From assembly GCF_006345805.1 (NCBI RefSeq), contig NC_043006.1, positions 19,158,001 to 19,222,000 on the forward strand: a stretch of DNA of 64,000 nt, given 5' to 3'. The notes beneath the pieces were generated by a model. That model saw nothing but the letters and a program-made list of their open reading frames with translations. It ran no database searches and was not told the origin of the DNA. This document shows, piece after piece, positions 11,479-22,069 of this stretch. Every line of letters starts with the position of its first letter. Position 1 is the first letter of the stretch. A program made the position numbers and the translations under genes. Source of the stretch: Octopus sinensis (Eukaryota).

Positions 11479-12340
11479 GTATATACCTGTGTGTGTATGA
11501 ATATATATGTATATACATGTGTGTGTGTGTATGAATATATATGTATATACCTGTGTGTGTGTATGAATTTTTATGTATATACCTGTGTGTGTATGAATTT
11601 TTATGTATATACCTGTGTGTGTATGAATATATATGTATATACCTGTGTGTGTATGAATATATATGTATGTACCTGTGTGTGTATGAATATATATGTATGT
11701 ACCTGTGTGTATATGAATATATGTATATACCTGTGTGTGTATGAATATATGTATATACCTGTGTGTACGTACAAATATGCATGTATATACCTGTGTGTAC
11801 GTACAAATATGCATGTATATACCTGTGTGTACGTACAAATATGCATGTATATACCTGTATGTACGTACAAATATGCATGTATATACCTGTGTGTGTATGT
11901 ATGTATATGTATATACCTGTGTGTATGTATATATATGTATATACCTGTGTGTGTATGAATATGTATTTATATACCTGTGTGTGTATAAATATACATGTAC
12001 GTGCGTCTCTGTGTGTATTTATGAATATATATGTATGTGCGTCCCTGTGTGTGTATTAATATATATGTATGTACGTCTGTGTGTGTGTGAATATATATGT
12101 ATATTTCTGTGTGTATGTATGAATATATATTATATACATTTGTTTGTATGAATATATATGTTTGTGTATATACCTGTGTGTGTATGAATATATATACACA
12201 TGTGTATGCATCTTTCTCTATATGTTCACATGTGTGCACCTCGGAGTGCTCTATGCGTGTGTGTGTATACGTACCTTTATGTGTGTGTGTGTGTTTATAT
12301 ATGCTTATATATAATTATGCTCATGTGTCTGTATATATAT
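11479..12340. repeat. Minisatellite of ~28-30-bp ACCTGTGTG.. units grading into microsatellite
   Basis: ACCTGTGTG(TG)TATGAAT.. and ACCTGTGTGTACGTACAAATATGCATGTATAT repeat in tandem. Confidence 0.9.
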
Positions 12341-12449
12341 TTACACTATGTTCGCGCTAAATTTGACAGTTTGCATACAAGGAAATGAAAACACTGTATC
12401 CTATTCAAAAGTAAGAGTACTTTTAAAAATCAAGAAAATATCATCTAGA

Positions 12450-12860
12450 ATAAGGATGGGAGATAACTGTGTACTCAGTGCAGCTACCCTCAGCTTCCAC
12501 CACGGCCTCACGATAGCTCCAGACACCGGATTTCTTTCACTCCGTCCCTGAGATCTTCGAACACCACCAGGGTCTTGGCCACCAGCTCGTCCTAGATGTT
12601 GCAAAGCAAACAGAGGAGTTATTGTGTTTCTCAACCGCACCCCACACTTAATAGTCCATGGTATTATAATCGTGGGAATTGGGAGGCCAGAAATTTGGTT
12701 TGGTGAAGACTTATAACATCTTTCGACAACCACTTCTGACTCTTTCCGGAGGTATGGCGAGAAACCTCCATGTCAGCTAACTGGTTTTTTTCAACTAACT
12801 CTAATCTTTTATGGCCTCCAACACCGTTGAATGTTCATCAGAACATGAAGCTGTCCCTGA
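12450..12860 (-). mobile_element. Mariner-like (maT/DD37D-type) transposase C-terminal relic
   Basis: HTSGKSQKWL and FWPPNSHDYNTMDY*VWGAVEK match WPPNSPDLNPxDYxVWG with Asp as the third catalytic residue. Confidence 0.65.
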
Positions 12861-13149
12861 AAAATAAAAAGACATGAAACTTGTTAAACTTATCCCAAAC
12901 AACGTGTAAATATATACTTTTACGCAAATTTGTGTATAGATATGTATATATAACTTTATGCATGTTTATGTGTGATATTTATATATACCCTTACGCATGT
13001 GTATATTTATGTATATATAGTTTTATGCATGTTTGACTGTGTGTATGTACCTTTGTGTGTGTGTGTGTGTGAGTGTGTATACCTTTGTTTTCGAAAACAT
13101 CTGTTGTATTGCATCAACCTACCCTTGGAGAATTATTCAGTGCACTTCA

Positions 13150-13430
13150 GATACTGGTTAAGAGTACAGTTCTTAAAGCGGTGACTTATTTTGGGTGTCT
13201 GGGTACCATGATATATGATGGAAACCTAGACGCAGAGATCACTTCTACTCAAAGGCAGCAAAAGCCTTTGGCAGCCTAGAATCTAAAGTCTTACCACAGT
13301 GCCATATCAGAGCTGACAGAAAGATCAACTTATATGTCTCATATGGTCTGTCAGTATTGTTGTATATTGTTCTCAAATGCGGACAATATACATGAGTTGT
13401 GAAAGATTTCACCAAAAATATCTCCGCCAC
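13150..13430 (+). mobile_element. Decayed RTE-type LINE fragment
   Basis: LKAVTYFGCLGTMIYDGNLDAEIT resembles the post-RT YLGSxIxxDGxxDxEI segment. Confidence 0.45.
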
Positions 13431-13849
13431 ATACTCAAAATAAGGTAGTACTCATTCTTGACACTGAACTTATTGAAGTGAGAATCACATCAGTCTAATC
13501 TATGCTTATTAAGTGTCAACTACGATGTTTAATCCATCTGAGCAATTCTCAAATAAACGCTTTATGGTGTACTTATGCCTGAAAACAGAAAAAAATGTAA
13601 GCTGAAGAAAGGATACAGTATTCTTTAAAATCAAATTTGAAATGCCTTTAATTATGTTACATCCCTTATATTGCATCATTTGCAGCATATAGGGAAGCGT
13701 GGAGATCAACGATATGGAGTTGCGTTAAAGATTCTGAGCTCAACAGGACTCAAATGAAAAGAAAATTCCATAAAGATGAGATTAAATCAATAGCGTTGAA
13801 ACAGTTTGTCATTCCTTCTTAGATGTCTTGCAAACAACTTGCACATCCA

Positions 13850-14245
13850 AGTGCTACCAGTCAATAACTCCATATACCGGAAGCCAGCAAGTGTATGGGA
13901 TCATCAGGAGAGAATGCGCGCCATTTCGGAGCCTAACTCTTGACAGCATCAATGCGCACCGGCCCCCATCACTGATATGAGGCTCCGCTTGCTAGATCAA
14001 CTGGTTATCAAATAAAGCACAATATCCTTCTAGCCATCGCTCATCGTCTCTTTTTAACCAAATCCAGTGGCTAGCCTTCTCCACTGTAGATTGGATATCT
14101 GTCATGGTGGTATTGACTTTACGATGAGTTAGGCCTAGCGATAACAACAGTCGTCTCACACTGTGTCCAACGAACCCTCTACATCCGACTTCGATTGGAA
14201 AATGATCCGCTTTCCAGCCTACGTCTTCACATTCCTGGAGGAATG
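13850..14245 (-). mobile_element. HERO-like (RLE, R2-group) non-LTR 3' fragment
   Basis: Open frame ECEDVGWKADHFPIEVGCRGFVGHSVRRLLLSLGL..EKASHWIWLKR. Confidence 0.7.
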
Positions 14246-15249
14246 TATTGGCTGGGTTGTAGACATATGTATCTACTTACAACCATACGCACGTATACAC
14301 ACATATTTATGTATATACACATATCCATACATAAATATAGATACATATACGTGTACATATATATACACACACAAATGCCTATACACATACATTTATGTAC
14401 TTATATTCGTACACACGTAAGTATGCATACCTACATATAATGGTAGCTGTGTGTGTGTGTGTATGCATGTGTGTTTGTGTGTGTGTCTGTGTGTGTGTAA
14501 GGCAAATATATTAATCATAAACTAAATAGGCCAAGATAAGTGAATATAAGCAAAAATCAAGATTGAAATATTTATTAAAACCTTGACTTCACTGTCTTTT
14601 CGCATTAATATTTCTTGCTGTTAATGAAAATAGATTGATACTCTAAGATGTAAAAATATGAACTAGAAAGATGTGTTGTCTTTTTTTCTTTATACTTTGT
14701 TTTTTTCTTTTTTCTGCAGAGGAAACGTGATCACTTTATTACGACAGCAGTCGCCCGTAAAACTTAATTTCAGTTGCCATGTTCCCCTTTACAGTCGCTC
14801 AATCGTGATTACGGTGTATCACTCGGGAAACAATTTATACGCCTGCACCACTTTACATTCACACGTTCATTCAAACGGTGTATACATAGAAATAATTATA
14901 TCTGAATATGTGTACACACGCACACACATACTCACACGCACACACATGATTCTGTTATCTGAGCCGGAAAGCGTCAAGTTTCTGTTAGAAACCTTCGAAA
15001 CTTAATGTTGCATAGAGCTCAGTGAAACTATTTTAAATAATACAAATAATAATGCCTTCAAATTTTGACACATAACCTGGTTTTCCCAAGTTTCTTTTGC
15101 TTCCATTATTACGAGCAAATTTTGTTGAACTATATCTGCCATCACTGTGAAGTAACTCCGACCCCCCAGAAACAGCTGTTGAACTTGTAACATCATACCT
15201 TCTCCCCTCTAATACTTTGAGTCTATTCCTATTAAGTTTTCGCTATTAA

Positions 15250-15800
15250 CATATAATATACGCGCACATGTATGTATGCATGCATGCATGTACTCGTATT
15301 TAGATATGGATCATGTATAAATGTACATATACGCATGGATGTATAGATGTACATATACACATGCATGCATGGATGTGCATATACACAGATGTATGCATGT
15401 CTAAATATACATGGATATATACATACAAGTTTATATGCACATCGATTATGTGTATATACACATGGATGCGTGTATATACACATGGATGTATGCATGTATA
15501 TACAGGGATGTATCATGTATGTGTATATAAGTATGCATGCATGCATGTATGTGTATATACGTATGATTGCATGCATGTATGTGTGTATATACGTATGTGT
15601 GCATGCATGTTTGTGGATATACGTATGTATGCGTGCATATGTATATACGTATGCATATATGTATGCATGCATGTGTATATACGCACGATGTGTGCATGTG
15701 TATATACGCACGTATGCATGTGTATATGCGCATGTATGCATGTGTATATATCTATGTATGCATGTATGTATGCATGTATGTGCATATACGTATATAATGT
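15250..15800. repeat. (TGCA/TGTA/TA) degenerate microsatellite
   Basis: Low-complexity purine-pyrimidine alternation. Confidence 0.9.
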
Positions 15801-16295
15801 CTTGCTATCAGCATGTGCCTCCTAGAAATCTCTAAAAAAACGGGAAATACATCGAAATAATCAAAGATTGAATAGTCTCTGAATGCCCTACTATGTATTA
15901 TAAAATATAATATATTGCACAAAAGAATCTTCTTCGAAAAATTTGAGTTTTAACTTATATATTTAAAGTTTCCGTCAATCTCACGTGTTTACGGACTTTT
16001 CAAACAAAATTTTAGCTTCCATTTACTTGGTAGCCTTTGATTTCTTATATTATTAACTGTAACAAACATATGTGTGCAATTCTTGCTTCATTAGTTATTG
16101 GAAGTTATTAGATGGCGAAATCTTACGGTAGACTTAGTTTTAGATATTTACTTGTTCGACATCATTGTGTATGAGATAGATATAGCAATAAATAAACATG
16201 ATATCTTTTGTTGTATACAATTAGACTACTTGTTTCTCAGGCATTTTCAGACGTAGCGCAGTAATTTCACGAATTGAAAACGTAGATCTTAAATC

Positions 16296-16712
16296 GGATC
16301 CTTTCGGTTCGAACGGCAGTTTTTAACATAATTTCTAGGTAACTAACAAATTTTATACTTCGTATACTGGTAGAATGTGTTTATAAAACATCTTTTTCTC
16401 TTGGCTTTATTGAGAAAATTCTATAGTTTGTAAGATATTTGTTGGTTTTTTTCTTCAATTTCTGCAATTTCAACCAATCACTGACGTCTATTGAGGTAAA
16501 AAACAGTCTGTGCCGTATTGAATATGTCCCTCGTTTAAGAAACAGATTGGGTTTATTTAGATTTGTGAAGAAAAATAGATACCCTTCCCCCACCCCTAAC
16601 CCTAACCCTAAAACAGATTGAAATGCAAGAGATCGATACTAGGGTCATAATTATGGGTGACAATTTCATGTGACACCGCTAGAAAATACTGCCGTTCAAA
16701 CCGAAAAGATCC
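16296..16712. mobile_element. MITE with ~30-bp TIRs and 8-bp TSD
   Basis: TIR GGATC(C/T)TTTCGGTT(C/T)GAACGGCAGT at both ends; TSD CTTAAATC at 16288-16295 and 16713-16720. Confidence 0.9.
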
Positions 16713-17203
16713 CTTAAATCGTTTTCTTTACGTCTACAGAGTCTTTCTAGAAACCAAATCTACAATCATAAATCATAAATCATTGGTAACCATAGATCAA
16801 ATTGGGACCATAACTTCAAAAGTTATGCTATCTTTATTTATTCATTTATTTCCCGTTATTTTTAGTTTTCCGTCAGAGATACCTTTCGGTCTAGGTTCAC
16901 CTTCGCACAATCATTTCCCTCTCACACTCTGGTTCTCTTCTCTGGGGCCCTCTCTCTCCATCTCTGTGTGTGTGTGCGCGCCCGCATATATATATTTGTT
17001 TGCTCACACAGAGTATACCTTTAAAAGTATATAGCTGTAGACATATCTACGCGCTTGCATATGTACGTACGTACATATATATAGATCTTCCGAGTGAGAT
17101 TCTTTTTGTCTATATCGCTCTTCGTATAAGTTAACGTTTGTACAGATACGAACACACACACATATTTATCCATATACAACTCTCACTTTCTCTGTATCTC
17201 GTC

Positions 17204-17243
<40 letters not shown>

Positions 17244-17262
17244 CCTTCCTCTCTACGTATAG

Positions 17263-18090
17263 GCAGCAAAGATGTCGTGAAACTGGAGTATCAAAAAACT
17301 GCAATTGTGTCTGCGTGTCTGAAGAATATCAGACGAAGATCCTCCTAATAATGCAATCGTGGCAGCACCAAAAACTAATGGTTTCACCAGAACTATGATC
17401 CAGATACAGCGTAAGAAATAACAAACTCCTCCGTTTTCCTGGATGTCAATCTGGCAGACTATTGCAACAAGGATGGCAAGAAGGGTACAGAAAGTGAAAT
17501 GGAAAAGACATCCAGGTCCAGCAGATACTCAAAAGAAGAAAGGTAAGCAACGGTTGAGACCTGCTGATGAAGGAAACACTGATGATACTGGCCCTGCCTC
17601 ACCACTGTAGACAGCCAAAGAGGTGAGAGAGCTGAAAAAGGAAGGAAACAAAAATGAAATCATTGACAAGACAAAAGCTTCTAGCAACAACGAAATGCGA
17701 GAAAAAGGTAAAAAAAAAAAGACAAAAAACAAAAACAATATCCCCCAACATAAACCATGACAGAAAACAATTCAGCTTACCCAAATGTGGGTGTCCCAGT
17801 GAAACCTCCAAAAGGAAAGAAGAAACTTTGGAGTAAAACCGAAAATCTTCAACGTAGGCAAAAGAGATATCAGGTACAAAAGGAGATATATACGCAGATT
17901 TTACCGGCGAGGAAACTACTGGCATGGAGAAGATGGTACAAACTATCATTTTTCATATAACAAGTGCTGCCAAAACTGCATGGATCTAAATCAGGACTTT
18001 TTTTCCAGGACGAGAACAAAAAAGAAGTTGCACATTGTCTGCTCTTCACAGACGATATGCAAGCATAGTTCGTGTTACTGCAAACTGCTA
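17263..18090 (+). pseudogene. Decayed Lys-rich reading frame, possibly LINE ORF1-like
   Basis: About 250 codons in one frame with about 5 stops; no diagnostic motif. Confidence 0.25.
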
Positions 18091-18190
18091 GTTTCGCCTA
18101 AATGTGGAAATAGTAGCAGGAGAACAAAAACATTCTTTTGTACATGTAGTAGCTGACGTATCTACGGCAAGCAAAGGCTTGGAACCACAC

Positions 18191-18559
18191 AAGGTTGCGA
18201 GCTACTGCGTAGTCGTATTTCGTCTGCCGTTACGTTCTGAGTTCAAATTCCGCCGAGGTCGACTTTGCCTTTCATCCTTTCAGGGTCGATAAATTAAGTA
18301 CCAGTTACGCACTGGGGTTGATATAATCGACTTAATCCGTTTGTCTGTCCTTGTTTGTCCTCTCTGTGTTTAACCCCTTGTGGGTGGTAGGAAATAGGTA
18401 TTTCGTCTGTCTTTACGTTCTGAGTTCAAATTTCACCGAGGTCGACTTTGCCTTTCATCCTTTCGGTGTCGATAAATTAAGTACCAGTTGCGTACTGGGG
18501 TCGAGCTAATCGACTGCCCCCCCCTCTCCAAAACTTTTGGGCCTTGTGCCTAGAGTAGA
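18191..18559 (+). mobile_element. Dimeric family C SINE with 18-bp TSD
   Basis: Two tandem bodies with different tails; AAAGGCTTGGAACCACAC at 18173-18190 and 18560-18577. Confidence 0.85.
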
Positions 18560-19267
18560 AAAGGCTTGGAACCACACCAACCACCACATGAGACCATCAC
18601 AGTTGACAGATACAGGGGTGGCCGCCACTAACACCAACACAGGCGTCAGGCCAATATTTCTAGTAAACATCGACACCGGATTTATCTACCAGCTGTAGAT
18701 CAAACTATATGGTATGAATAGTTGAGCATCGCGTTCTAGGACTTGCATTGTCCTTATAATATAATTGCACAGACATATCAAATGTGAGCAGACACCCTTA
18801 TATGTCTTTTTAATCTATGCGAACACTATTTGGTGCTTCAAACTTGCTAATATATTCTGCACAAAACCATTATTTCGTTTCCAAAAATTGCTCTTTCAAA
18901 CATTATGCTGTCTATATGCTTTTGAGATGTCTATTTAAATGGATTATGGTGGATTGTGCACTACTTCTGGTTTAGAAGGATTTATAAAACATTGAATATT
19001 TAAAATATATACTTATGTAGAATATATATGTATTTATTTTTATTAACTGATTATTATATTGCAAATGTGTTACTTTGTTCTTATTTCTATCTTTCTTGAA
19101 CACCAATATTTCAATCACAATATATTTATATAATATGGTTCTAAAAACAATGTACATGTATTAATAATAACTTAGAATTATAAGTGTTTTTTTTTTTACA
19201 TATGCTTCCTAATTATATATTTCTTCCCCTATATTAAATAGATCATCATTAATAGGATTTCATTTTA

Positions 19268-19472
19268 CGAGGGGTGCTGAAAAGTTGTTGGCTTTGAGTA
19301 AAAAGGATCAGTTAATTATGATTCTATTCAACATATTCCTCTCACAGACTTACACAATTATTGCAGCAGTACTTCAGTTTTATAAGCCCTGTAAAAGAAC
19401 TTGGGTGGTTGGGCCTTCAACCAGGTCTTTTACGACACCCTCAAAGCCAAGAACGTTTCAGCACCCCCTCTG
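19268..19472. mobile_element. Mariner-type MITE
   Basis: TA|CGAGGGGTGCTGAAAAGTTGTTGGCTTTGAG, inverted with CTCAAAGCCAAGAACGTTTCAGCACCCCCTCTG. Confidence 0.8.
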
Positions 19473-19652
19473 GAATTAAAACAAAAGATGAGATTACAGT
19501 AGAGCCTGAGAAGCAGAGCAACAGCAAATATTCACTACAGAAGAATGACTTTTATTAACGTTGCTATATTTTCAGATTCCACTGAAATTCTATAAAACTT
19601 CATAATAAAACGAGGAAAGCAGAAAACAGAAGTTTCATTATCAAAACTGAAA

Positions 19653-20062
19653 ATGAATTTGACAGCCGGTGAAAATTCGGACATTTACCAAGGTGATTAC
19701 AGTTATGATCTTTATTTCTACAACGACCTCGAGAACTTGAGACTTCCTGGAGTGCAAGAATCTTACTTCTGTTTAACAGTCACAGTTTACAGTTTAACAT
19801 TTTTACTCGGATTACTGGGAAACTCGTTGGTGATTTTTGCCGTGTGTGGCGATCGCAAGCCACGTAGTGTAACATCTTTATTCATGGTTAGCCTTGCCGT
19901 TGCTGATTTGATGTTTATACTGGTGTGCACACCTTATGAACTGGTACGTTATTTCAGACCGCACGCAGAGGGTGGAGCACCAGTTTGCAAATTAGCATCC
20001 TTTGTGGATATGCTGTCAGCAGTTGCCTCCATTTTGAACTTGACATCAATTAGTGTCGAGAG
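19653..20062 (+). CDS. Class A (rhodopsin-like) peptide GPCR, first coding exon (N-terminus, TM1-TM3)
   Basis: N-glycosylation site NLT, TM1 GLLGN, TM2 SLAVAD..P, TM3 Cys, SVER. Acceptor TTTTCAG at 19575; donor AG|GTAAGT after 20062 (phase 2, inside the Arg codon). Confidence 0.93.
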
Positions 20063-20299
20063 GTAAGTCACTCTTTCAATGGATCAGTACTATATATTTT
20101 TTTAATACTTTTCTCGGGCTTGCATTTTATATTTATTTTCAGGCCAGAACCCATTGTCAATAATAATCGAAGACGTTCCAAATATATTAGAGTTATGGTC
20201 ATTTTATTTAATGTTTTCTATTTTACGATATCAAAATGTTATTGGGGGTAAAATTTGACTGCCAAGTTTAGCATTAAGTGGGGCTGTGCAGATGCCATT

Positions 20300-20457
20300 T
20301 GCCTATTGTTAAATAAGTAACTGGTACTTAATTTAGCGACCCCGAAAGAATGAAAGGCAAGTCGACCTCGGCGGAATTTGAACCCAGAACGTAACGGCAG
20401 ATGAAATACGGCTACGCATTTCGCCCAGCGTGCTAGCGTTTCTGCCAGCTCGCCGCC
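20300..20457 (-). mobile_element. SINE family C
   Basis: Matches 6388-6622. Confidence 0.85.
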
Positions 20458-20733
20458 TGTAAAAGGTAAAAGAAATATAATCCACACACTGACCGTGTCT
20501 ACCACGTTTGATTTCACTGTAGATACAAGCGGTAATACAGCAAATAAAAAAAAAATGACATGAAGTTAGTATAATATTACTATATTTCTATGCTGTTATC
20601 GGGTAGTGTTAATTACTGCATAATGCGTCACACATTATGTTACTAGATAGCGCCGTAATATATCTAGACCAGTCTTCAACCACTTACCTTTGTGCTAAAT
20701 TTTTTATGTTTTGAGTATTCTATGTTAATAATA

Positions 20734-21085
20734 GGAGGAGGAAGCACTCCGTCGGTTACGACGATGAGTGTTCCGGTTGATCCGAATCAACGGAACAGCC
20801 TGCTCGTGAAATTAACGTGTAAGTTCTCGGGGATATTCAGCGTGACACAGAGAGTGACAAGGCCGGCCCCTTGAAATACAAGTGCAACAAAAACAGGAAG
20901 TAAGAGTGAGATAAAGTTGTGGTGAAAGAGTAGAGCAGGGATCACCACCATCTACTGCTGGAGCCTCGTGGAGCTTTTAGGTGTTTTCGCTCAATAAACA
21001 CTCACAACGCCCGGTCTGGGAATCGAAACCGCGATCCTATGACCGTGAGTCCGCTGCCCTAACCACTGGGCCATTGCGCCTCCAC
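20734..21085 (-). mobile_element. SINE family B
   Basis: Matches 10205-10560; (TCC)n tail. Confidence 0.9.
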
Positions 21086-21149
21086 TTATGTTGTTAATAA
21101 TAATAATAATGATAAAAATAATCCTTTCTCTTATAAGCAGAAGGCCTTG

Positions 21150-21550
21150 ATTTTTTTTGGTGGGTGGGAGGCAATCGATTACAACGACCCCAGTGTTTCA
21201 CTGGTACTTAATTTATCAACCTTGAATTGATGAAAGGCAAAGTCGAACTCGGCGGAATTTGAACCCAGAAACACCGTTAAACATTTCGTCCAGCGTGCTA
21301 ACGATTCTGCCAGCTCGCCGCTTTTAATAATAATCCTTTGTACAACAGGTGCAAAGCCTGGAATTTTGAAGGGATGGAGCTAGTCGACTACATCCACCCC
21401 AGCGCATGACTGGTACTTATTTCATCACTGCCGAAGGGATAAAAGCTAAAGTCGACCTCGGTAGAATATGAACTCACAATGTAAAGATGGACGAAATGCT
21501 GCTAATCGTTTTATTCACCGCCCTAACGATACTGCCAGCTCCCCACTTTA
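21150..21550 (-). mobile_element. Two adjacent degenerate family C SINEs
   Basis: Two AAAGTCGA..CTCGG..TGCCAGCTC cores. Confidence 0.75.
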
Positions 21551-21814
21551 ATAATACTAACGATAATACCATAAACGAAGCAGCTGCTACAAAAGCAACG
21601 AATGAATTCTGACGGAGTATTGGTGGATGGATACGGCAGAAATTTAATGCTTGATAGCATTTTAGTTTCATACCGCCACATTGTCAGTGAAATTGAGCTA
21701 GGATTTGTTTTGTCTATGAGCAATCTAATATCGACTAAAATGCCACTCTCAAATATAGCTCAACTTCAGAAACTCGTGAATTTAGAGAACCAGAGTGAGA
21801 AAACTTTTGGCAAA

Positions 21815-21960
21815 AAGCCTGCTTCCCAACTACAAGGCTCCGAGTTCAGTCTCCTTCCGTGGCAACATGGACAAGTGTCTTCTACTATGTATAGCATCGA
21901 GCAGAGTAAAACATTATGAGTGGATTTGGTAGACGGAAACTAAAAGAAACCCGTCGTGTG
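21815..21960 (+). mobile_element. Degenerate SINE family A fragment
   Basis: GAGTGGATTTGGTAGACGGAAACT core. Confidence 0.7.
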
Positions 21961-21969
21961 TGTCGATAC

Positions 21970-22030
<61 letters not shown>

Positions 22031-22069
22031 AATATATATAAATATATATATATTGTATATATGTATGTA

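Noticed and set aside
13895-13935. GAAA..CTGATGA on minus as a type II hammerhead
   Set aside because: Only 5 nt lie between the putative cleavage site and CUGAUGA, so no stem I can form.
16585-16610. Telomere or chromosome-fusion relic
   Set aside because: Only about 3 hexamers, and they are internal to a MITE.
17564-17577. CTGATGA-AG-GAAAC as a hammerhead
   Set aside because: No room for stem II and no stems I or III.
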